A DNA stretch of 64,000 nucleotides. Source: Macrostomum lignano. Its lineage: Eukaryota. Positions 55,301 through 64,000 of this stretch are shown piece after piece (positions within the stretch are counted from its first letter, which is position 1; every line of letters begins with the position of its first letter). The notes beneath the pieces are model-generated. The model searched no databases, was not told the DNA's origin, and was given only the letters and a program-made list of their open reading frames with translations. Made by a program: the position numbers and the translations under genes. The stretch lies in the NCBI GenBank assembly GCA_002269645.1, contig NIVC01001615.1, positions 1 to 64,000 of the forward strand, in the 5' to 3' direction.

Positions 55301-58300
55301 AGAATGTGTTGTACATGGGAATGTTTTGTACAGCTGGGAATGTATTGTATAGATGGGAATGTGTTGTACTGGTAAGAATGTATTGTGGGTTGTATATGTG
55401 GAAATGTGCTGTACAGTCAAGAATGTATTGTTTAGGTGGGAATGTGTTGTACATTCAATTTGGAATGTGCTATAGAGTCGGTAATGTGCTACGAGCACAA
55501 GAATGCTTTTTCAACATGTTAATGTTTTATTATTTCCCCATTAAACTCACAGATAAAGCGCGGTTCTGAAGACGCCGTCCTGCGCACAATGTCCGCCGAG
55601 AAGCTGCTAAAGTCGCTGCCAGTGCTCATTGCTCAATTTGACTCTTTGCTCAGCTTTGACGCCCGCGGCAACGAGCTTAGCAACGCGGTGATTAGCGCGG
55701 CATTCGCTCTGATGTACAGGGACGCCACCCGGCTGTTTGTGGCCTTTAACGACGGGATTATTAACCTGCTGTCCAAGTTCTTCGAGGCCATGAGCAAGAA
55801 GCAGTGCAAAGAGTCGCTGGAGATTTATAGGAAATTTGTCACGCGAAGCGAACGGCTTAATGAGTTCTCTAAGGTAAGATGGATTACCTATAATGTTGTA
55901 TTGTAATTTGTGTGTTAATGAGTTTAACGTAGTGGAATGCGCTGTGATTAGCTATAAATGTGTTGGAATGCACTGTGATTTACTATAAATGTGTTGGAAT
56001 GCACTGTGATTGGCTATAAATGTGTTGGAATGCACTTGATTAGCTATAAATGTGTTGGAATGCGCTATGGTTTGCTATAAATGTGTTGGAATGCACTGTG
56101 ATTTGCTATAAATGTGTTGGAGTGCACTGTGATTAGCTATAAATGTGTTGGAATGCACTGTGATTAGCTATAAATGTATTGGAATTTGGAATGCACTGTG
56201 ATTTGCTATAAATGTGTTGGAGTGCACTGTGATTAGCTATAAATGTGTTGGAATGCACTGTGATTAGCTATAAATGTATTGGAATTTGGAATGCACTGTG
56301 ATTAGCTATAAATGTGTTGGAATGCACTGTGATTGAAGCTGTAAGTGTGCAGTGACAAGTTTTTGAAAAAGAAAGCTTGTTAGTGGGGGTAAATATGCTT
56401 AGAGGGTGTCTAGTTGTACTGCATTACGCTAGGGTCATTTATCTGGCGTAATAATTTATATGTAGTATTAGTAGAGCTACATCAATGTAGAGACAAGGAC
56501 TGCGTTGTGGACCTAATATTTTGTGTATTATGGTAAATAAATATTGGAGGCGAGCCGGCAGCTGGGCGCCTTTTCCTCCCTCCCGTATTTTGGGTGTGGC
56601 ATTTTAGCAAATTAGCTAATAGAATTTCTCTATTAACTTAATGCGGCTTATCTCTGCTTGCGTGCCTGATTTACTTAAATTATCAGTGTATGTGTTTTAT
56701 CTGGCACCCACATGTGCGCTCAGCAACAGCTAAACCCACCCCGAACTCGCGCTTTCAACGTGGGGAAAAAGTCAAGAAATGTTTTTTTTCATTGGGAATT
56801 CTACTGGCGCCCCTGGTGCTGGCGCCCCTGGTGCTGGCGCCCCTGGTGCTGGCGCCCCTGGTGCTGGCGCCCCTGGTGCTGGCGCCCCTGGTGCTGGCGC
56901 CCCTGGTGCTGGCGCCCCTGGTGCTGGCGCTCCTAGTGCAGAAGCCCCCCTAGGGCTAAAACCCCCGATTCTTGGTGCTAAACCCCTGGTTCAGAAGCCC
57001 CTAGGGCTAAAACCCCCGATTCTTGGTGCTAAACCCCTGGTGCAGAAGCCCCTAGGGCTAAAACCCCCGATTCTTGGTGCTTAACCCCTGGTGCAGAGCC
57101 CCTAGGGCTAAAACCCCCGGACCTGGGTGCTAAACCCCTGGTGCTAAAGCCCCTATTCGCGGCTTGGCGAGTGTCCCTGGTACCCAAAAGATTTTGCATG
57201 CTCTTAGTTCCTTCACACGTTAGCGAATCACAAATGACTGAAATTCTGTGCAGTCTGTATTAGGGGCTGTCAGCAGTTTACGGGCTATATTTTTTGCGTG
57301 CTAATGCTGAATCATTATAACACTAAAAGCACTTAGAGTTCGTACTTCCGCGTTTCTGTCAGCTAGAATCAAAAACTATTTTCAAAGAGAACAAGCTTAC
57401 GTAACGATAAACAAGTATTTAGAGACTTGATTTCACAATGAAATGCAAAAAAGTATACATTATCGAGCCAATTGCAAATGGGAGCGAACTTCTCTGGTTA
57501 GCAAAGTCTTCAAGGTGGACAACTCAAACTAACTTGCAATTGCAATGTGCCAGAAGTCTTATCTGCTTTGAACTCACTATCATTCTCCGCTTCTGGAGTC
57601 TAAAAAGGCACTGTTAAGTGTAAGCGGTGGTCTGAGAATCTTGCCTCTTGAGAAAAACAAACTTATGCTGCAAAATAGTAAGTTTGACCTTTTTAAAAAA
57701 CTTGTGAAGCTGCGCACTTAGAAGTACGATGCAGCCTTTTTCGACTAGTGTTTATTTGAATTGCGACTTGGATTGGAAAGATTTAGATTGAGCAGTGGAT
57801 TGGAGATTTGGATTGAGCAGTGGATTGAAGATTTGGATTGAGCAGTGGATTGGAGATTTAGATTGAGCAGTGGATTGGAGAGATTTAGATTAAGCAGTGG
57901 ATTGGAGAGATTTAGATTAAGCAGTGGATTGGAGATTTGGATTGAGCAGTGGATTGGAGAGATTTAGATTAAGCAGTGGATTGGAGAGATTTAGATTAAG
58001 CAGTGGATTGGAGATTTGGATTGAGCAATGGATTGGAGAGATTTAGATTAAGCAGTGGATTGGAGAGATTTAGATTAAGCAGTGGATTGGAGATTTGGAT
58101 TGAGCAGTGGATTGGAGAGATTTAGATTAAGCAGTGGATTGGAGATTTAGATTAAGCAGTGGATTGGAGAGATTTAGATTAAGCAGTGGATTGGAGATTT
58201 AGATTAAGCAGTGGATTGGAGATTTGGATTGAGCAGTGAATTGGAGATTTGGATTGAGCAGTGGATTGGAGATTTAGATTGAGCAGTGGATTGGAGATTT

Positions 58301-61300
58301 AGATTGAGCAGTGGATTGGAGATTTGCATTGAGCAGTGAATTGGAGATTTGGATTGAGCAGTGGATTGGAGAGATTTGGATTGAGCAGTGGATTGGAGAT
58401 TTGGATTGAGCAGTGAATTGGAGATTTGGATTGAGCAGTGGATTGGAGATTTGGATTGAGCAGTGGATTGAAGATTTGGATTGAGCAGTGGATTGGAGAT
58501 TTAGATTGAGCAGTGGATTGGAGAGATTTAGATTAAGCAGTGGATTGGAGAGATTTAGATTAAGCAGTGGATTGGAGATTTGGATTGAGCAGTGGATTGG
58601 AGATTTAGATTGAGCAGTGGATTGGAGAGATTTGGATTGAGCAGTGGATTGGAGATTTGGATTGAACAGTGGATTGAAGATTTGGATTGAGCAGTGGATT
58701 GGAGATTTAGATTGAGCAGTGGATTGGAGAGATTTAGATTAAGCAGTGGATTGGAGAGATTTAGATTAAGCAGTGGATTGGAGATTTGGATTGAGCAGTG
58801 GATTGGAGAGATTTAGATTAAGCAGTGGATTGGAGAGATTTAGATTAAGCAGTGGATTGGAGATTTCGATTAAGCAGTGGATTGGAGATTTGGGATTGAG
58901 CAGTGGATTGGAGATTTGGATTGAGCAGTGGATTGGAGAGACTTGGGTTGAGCAGTGGATTGGAGATTTGGGATTGAGCAGTGGATTGGAGATTTGGATT
59001 GAGCAGTGGATTGGAGATTTGGGATTGAGCAGTGGATTGGAGAGACTTGGGTTGAGCAGTGGATTGGAGATTTGGATTGAGCAGTGGATTGGAGATTTGC
59101 ATTGAGCAGTGGATTGGAGATTTGCATTGAGCAGTGGATTGGAGATTTGCATTGAGCAGTGGATTGGAGATTTGGATTGAGCAGTGGATTGGAGATTTGG
59201 GATTGAGCAGTGGATTGGAGATTTGGATTGAGCAGTGGATTGGAGATTTGGGATTGAGCAGTGGATTGGAGATTTGGATTGAGCAGTGGATTGGAGATTT
59301 CGATTAAGCAGTGGATTGGAGATTTCGATTAAGCAGTGGATTGGAGATTTGGGATTGAGCAGTGGATCGGAGATTTGCATTGAGCAGCGGATCGGAGATT
59401 TGGATTGAGCAGTCACACTTGAATCATCAATGCCGCTTGCATGAGCCTGACTGGCCAACCCCGCCAACCTTCACCCAGGTCGCCGAATACATCGGCATTG
59501 AACGACCCGACGTTACTCGTTTAGAGAAGCACCCAGCCTCCTTCCTGGAGGCCATGGAGTCGCACCTGGCTCACCTAGAAGGCCGCTCCAGGCCGGCGGT
59601 CAGCAGTCAGCAGCAGAAGGTCTCGGCGGCTTCGGGCATGCCTCGGTCTGCAAGCTCTAGCGGCGGTCTGGGCGCCCCGTCGTCATCTGCTGCCGCGCCT
59701 AAGCTTAGCCAGGTGCTACTAGAAGAGCAGCAGCAGCTGGATAGACTCAAGGCTGAGCAGATGCAGCGCCAGACGGCAGCCAATGCAGCTGCTAAGCCTG
59801 CTCAGGCGCCGGCTTCAGTAGACGATTTCTTCCTAATTGGCAGCGGTGCATCAACAGCAGGTTGTTATTCTTTCTGTACTGATTCTACTACTGTCCAGTT
59901 GCTTATCAGTAGTAAAATGAGAATAGTGAGTACTATTTTCTCCCATCCCGTGACCAATTTAGCACCGGCGCCTGTCGATGTGCAGCAGCGACATCCGGCC
60001 GCGCCAGCGTCTCCGTTTGTGGCCAATTTTCCAGCTTTAAATAATGCAGTTCCTCAGAACAGCAACGGTAGGTTTGTTTTTTTTTGCAGCTCTTTTGTAT
60101 TGTCTGCTCAACCCCTGCAACCGGTTTTGATGCCTTACTGTGTTTAAATCCCCATTTCCCATCCCCTAACTCACTGTCAATCCCCATTTCCCATCCTTTG
60201 ACTCATTGATTGGCAATCCCCATTTCCCATCCTGTGACTCACTGTCAATCCCAGACTCACTTTCAATCCCCATTTCCCATCCCCTGACTCCCCTGGCGCT
60301 AAGTCTCGCCCCCATTCCCAATTCCCCATTCAAGGCTTCGATCCGTTCGGCTCGGTGCTGCAGCCGGTCAGCGCCAGCAGCGGCGCTACTGCAGATGGCG
60401 CCAATAATAACAAATCGGCGCCTGTCAATTTAAACAAAACCGGCTCCGGCAGCGGCAGCGGCATAACTGGGGACTTGGACTCGAGCCTGGCCACTCTGGT
60501 TGGCAATCTCAACATGAGGCAGGGCGGCCAGTACTCGCATGGCGGCAAGCAGCAGGCCGTCAACTGGGCCGTCGGCTCTTCGTCGTCGACCAATTCGTCG
60601 TCAGTTGCCTCGTCGTCTGTCGCTTTCGGGCGTACCGCGGCGGCTGGAGGCGTCGGCGGTGGGGTGAAGATCTCCGCTGGACCGACAGTCAATTGGGGAC
60701 AGGTATGTGGAGGTTGGCGCACTTGGCTGTCTAAACCAGGTCGCAGACTTAAAATACTTGGGAAAGCTTTGTCCGTGTCTCTTTTAACCTTAGCATTAAA
60801 ATAGAATATTGTGTTTTAGGTTTTGTTTCCAGTCCAGGTGCCTATAAAAGCTGTTTAGTTTTCCCCGGTTTTTTAAAATGTCATCAGTAGTCCCTGGTAT
60901 TATAAGCTTCGTTTCATTTCCTCTAGTTATTACATTAGCCCATGTCGATATACATGTAAGCTTTGTTTCCTGTCCAGTAATTATTTCAGTAGTCCCTGAC
61001 GTTATAGTTTCCCGTCCACTAGTTATTTCAGTAGTCCCTGGCGTTATAGTTTCCCGTCCACTAGTTATTTCAGTAGTCCCTGGCGATATAGTTTCCCGTC
61101 CACTAGTTATTTCAGTAGTCCCTGGCGTTATAGTTTCCCGTCCACTAGTTATTTCAGTAGTCCCTGGCGTTATAGTTTCCCGTCCACTAGTTATTTCAGT
61201 AGTCCCTGGCGATATAGTTTCCCGTCCACTAGTTATTTCAGTAGTCCCTGGCGTTATAGTTTCCCGTCCACTAGTTATTTCAGTAGTCCCTGGCGTTATA

Positions 61301-61660
61301 GTTTTCCGTCCACTAGTTATTTCAGTCGTCCCTGGCGTTATGAGCTCTGATCTCATGCTTGCACCCATGTCTCCGCAGCAGCCCCAGTATCCGGCTGTTT
61401 CGTCCGCCTACGGCGCGCAGTCGATGGGATTTCTGCACACCCAGTCGCAGCCGGCTTTCCGTATGTCGCCGCAGCAAATGCAGCAGCAGCAGCAGCAGCA
61501 GCAGGCTGGGTGGCATCAGCAGGCTGCTAATCAGCAGGTGAGGGATAAATAGCCTCAACTGTATTTGCGATACCAGTGCATTATTTACGAGTATATTTAA
61601 GTACATTTGTTATCGAAACAATTTCAGCCGAACCCCAACGACCCGTTCGGAGCTTTGTAA
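46361..61660 (+). CDS. PICALM: Phosphatidylinositol-binding clathrin assembly protein (PICALM/AP180 family, ANTH domain)
   Basis: Exons 46361-46523, 54804-55114, 55553-55873, 59479-59860, 59963-60067, 60335-60702, 61379-61537 and 61628-61660, in frame. Motifs [72 protein letters not shown], and a DPFGAL* C-terminus. Confidence 0.93.
47774..47835 (+). pseudogene. Degenerate ~62-bp 28S rRNA gene fragment in PICALM intron 1
   Basis: GTTAACGGCAGGAGTAACTATGACTGTCTTATTAAGGCAAAATGCCTCATCATCTATTTAGT aligns to recalled conserved LSU sequence GTAAACGGCGGGAGTAACTATGACTCTCTTAAGGTAGCCAAATGCCTCGTCATCTAATTAGT. Confidence 0.8.
48060..51980. repeat. Composite diverged satellite region (AAGAATCC-rich and CCTTGACATCTCAG-rich blocks)
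   Basis: Block CTAGCCAATTCCAACCCCCG recurs at 48060 and ~50968. Block GAGCAAGCATCCC..TTTCCTCAGCTAG recurs at ~50873 and ~51883. Confidence 0.8.
49647..50760. repeat. Homogeneous 29-bp minisatellite (GACTTGACATCTCAGCAGTTTACCCCTAA)n, ~38 copies
   Basis: Units at 49647, 49676 and onward. Confidence 0.95.
52900..53532 (+). mobile_element. Possible non-autonomous Helitron/Helentron-like (DINE/Lep1-like) element
   Basis: 3' end AAAATCGGTTGAGCC...ACAGACAGACAG...TTTAGATATATTAGATTAGAT resembles recalled Lep1/DINE-type ends. No coding evidence; boundaries uncertain. Confidence 0.35.
54310..54740. repeat. ~30-bp minisatellite (CATGAGCCTTGTCATCTCAGAAATTCCC..)n
   Basis: Direct. Related to the CTTGACATCTCAG family. 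Confidence 0.85.
55930..56335. repeat. 31-bp minisatellite (GGAATGCACTGTGATTAGCTATAAATGTGTT)n
   Basis: Direct. Lies in PICALM intron 3. Confidence 0.9.
56803..57140. repeat. 15-bp repeat (GGCGCCCCTGGTGCT)x~9 followed by a ~51-bp repeat x3-4
   Basis: Direct. Intronic. Confidence 0.9.
57770..59410. repeat. 25-27-bp minisatellite (GAGCAGTGGATTGGAGATTTGGATT)n
   Basis: Direct. Ends ~70 nt before the acceptor at 59478. Confidence 0.95.
60980..61340. repeat. 42-bp minisatellite, ~9 copies
   Basis: TTATTTCAGTAGTCCCTGGCGTTATAGTTTCCCGTCCACTAG unit. Intronic. Confidence 0.95.
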
Positions 61661-61771
61661 ACTCGCCGTTTGATCGGTTGGTGGTTGATAGCGGCTGCTA
61701 AAAGCACACTTAAAGATTTTTCTGTATGTAACATTTTGGTTTGTCACTTTCCGTTAGAGCTCTTGTCGGCT

Positions 61772-61968
61772 AGTTAGCATCTAGAACACAATGATGCGGT
61801 CCAGTTAGCATCTAGAACACAATGATGCGGTCCAGTTAGCATCTAGAACACAATGATGCGGTCCAGCTAGCATCTAGAACACAATGATGCGGTCCAGCTA
61901 GCATCTAGAACACAATGATGCGGTCCAGTTAGCATCTAGGACTAGAACACAATGATGCGGTCCAGTTA
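61772..61968. repeat. 31-bp minisatellite, ~6 copies
   Basis: AGTTAGCATCTAGAACAC starts at 61772, 61803 and onward. Confidence 0.9.
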
Positions 61969-62829
61969 GTGTCTGTAATTCTGTACCACTTAAAAATGAT
62001 TGGCCTAGCAATAAAGGTGGAATGGGTGAACATTTTGGCTCAGCAATGTCTTAGTCGGTGGCTTGGTCTCGCGCGTATCGAAAATTATTCTATCTTTATC
62101 TTCCATGTCTATTTCTGTTATACTCGAAGACTTTTACATATTAATTATACCTCTGATTTCTTGATTACTTCCAAATTTTTAATAAAATTTGCTACTGCTA
62201 AAAGTACTTTTAGTTTGTTTGGCTTGCAACCTATTTATAACAAATTATTTGGATTTATTTTACGGTAACAAAGAAACATATTAGTTCTTCAGTAGTAAAC
62301 CATTTATAAACTGAATTTGATAATTCAATACTTTTTTGCAATGTGATACAAAGCTCTTGAAATTTGTTAATGACTTCACCTCAATTTTAATAGCAACGCT
62401 TTGTGATTGTTTCATCTTGGCAATTTAGCTTGTGTTTCAGTTTAGGCTAACGTGGTCTCTCGAGTGTCTCACTCTACTTAAAGTAGAGAGCTGGGTGATT
62501 TATCCATTTTCTAAGAATATTTTTGCTGTTTATGCCTACCGTTTTTTTGAAACTTGTATGTACTGTATATGTATGATAATTTTTACACGAGTCCTTTATA
62601 TTGAAATCTTATTTATCTATCTATCCAATCCGAGTTTTCTGATTCCTTTAAGTCAGGCCTGACTCTGCTGTCACCGGCCTGGGTATATTTCATTCTAGGT
62701 ACATTTATAGGTACAATAGGTACAATAAGGTACAATAACGCGTCCTTTTTTCTGTAGCATTTGCGTGTGTTCCTGGCTCACAGCAGCGTTGTAATTTGAT
62801 ACTCTGCAATAGGCAACCCCTATGCCCCG

Positions 62830-63290
62830 GTTAGCCTCACGATCCCGGTCAACCGGGTCCACCAGTTAGCCTCCTCAACCCCTGCTCAAGAGCCAGTCTC
62901 TACCCTGTCCACCAGTTAGCCTCCTCCCCTGTTCACTGGTTAGCCTCTCCCCTGTTCACTGGTTAGCCTCTCCCCTGTTCACCGGTTAGCCTCTCCCCTG
63001 TTCACTGGTTAGCCTCTCCCCTGTTCACCGGTTAGCCTCTCCCCTGTTCACCGGTTAGTCTCTCCCCTGTTCACTGGTTAGCCTCTCCCCTGTTCACTGG
63101 TTAGCCTCTCCCCTGTTCACCGGTTAGCCTCTCCCCTGTTAACCGGTTAGCCTCTCCCTGTCCACCGGTTAGCCTCTCCCTTGTCCACCGGTTATCCTCT
63201 CCCCTGTGCACCGGTTAGCTTTAATTCCCCTGTGAACCGGTTAGTCTCAATTCCCCTGTTCACTGGTTAGCCTCAATTCCCCTGTTCACC
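62830..63290. repeat. 23-bp minisatellite (CCGGTTAGCCTCTCCCCTGTTCA)n
   Basis: Direct. Confidence 0.9.
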
Positions 63291-63909
63291 TGTAAATTAT
63301 TAAGTCTGAAGACGCCGCTTCGCCAGAAAGGTCAAACGATAAGCGTGTTACAATTTTCAATAATTATAAATAATCATATCCTTTACTTCGGCGCAATTCG
63401 GACATTTTTTGATCATATGCGTGCGCATCGATCTTATTAGCGTTATTATTTATTGTACTTACTTACAAAAAGACAATTTCTTATTTGCTAATATTAATTA
63501 TATTTAAGTCGGTGTAACAAGCGCTCAGTAATAATATTCTAATTCCCTGAGGCAATATTTACCTGTCTTCATATTACGCACGCGCATACATATTTTAGTC
63601 ATTTATAATAATTATAAAATAATTGTAATGAATTTCCTGGCAATTTTTTTTATTACTTGCCGTTGTCGTAATTTTTCCCTTTCTTTCCTTACTGTTTTGA
63701 CTGGGACGGATCGTTGTAGCTTTAGTCATTAGCAATGCGTCTAATGTTCCAGCTTCTTCACGATAATTATTGTTCTACAACTCGCATTACTGCATGCAAG
63801 CTGACCAAAAATTCCAACGAGCTACTTTAAGTAACAAGTGCAGCAAACTCGAATAGCAGCATATTTTCTAACTAAATAAATCTATAATCAACCATAAAAG
63901 CAAGAAGCA

Positions 63910-63991
63910 ATGTCTGCGGCGCAATCTTCTTCATCCAAGCTGGAGAAATGGGCTATCGAGGACTTCAGCAAGATTGAAAAGATTGGCGAAG
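63910..63991 (+). CDS. CDK1: Cyclin-dependent kinase 1-like, first coding exon (gene continues beyond the window)
   Basis: MSAAQSSSSKLEKWAIEDFSKIEKIGE-G|GTAAC matches CDK1 MEDYTKIEKIGEG, with a phase-1 intron at the position recalled for CDK1. Only 27 codons, so CDK2 is not excluded. Confidence 0.75.
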
Positions 63992-64000
63992 GTAACGGGC

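Noticed and set aside
56779-57084. (GAP)n collagen/elastin-like ORF
   Set aside because: It is a 15-bp tandem repeat inside PICALM intron 3 without supporting splice sites or signal peptide.

Overview
This is a eukaryotic (metazoan) window with GT-AG spliced genes. Roughly a quarter of it is intronic mini- or microsatellite, and a block of nested transposons runs from 37 to 45 kb. The style (GC-rich exons, repeat-filled introns, degraded RTE-type LINE) suggests a Macrostomum-like flatworm, but that is inference only. Genes in order: first coding exon of a class C GPCR / mGluR-like receptor (-), KICS2/C12orf66 (-), a secreted CUB + 6x LDLa protein (+), 3' exons of an unidentified gene (+), an ankyrin-repeat array that splices in frame onto a Mab-21/cGAS-like nucleotidyltransferase (+; the top finding), PICALM/AP180 (+), and the first coding exon of a CDK1-like kinase (+). 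Mobile DNA includes an RTE-like LINE, a mariner with perfect 30-bp TIRs, an IS630/Tc1-type transposase split by two hAT-like insertions, a three-tier nest (fold-back > PIF/Harbinger > hAT MITE), two tRNA-derived SINE families (one with a CORE-like domain), and a short 28S rDNA fragment spanning the R2/I-PpoI site. Most long ORFs in the supplied track are translations of tandem repeats and are rejected. Exon boundaries were read by eye and no database searches were run.
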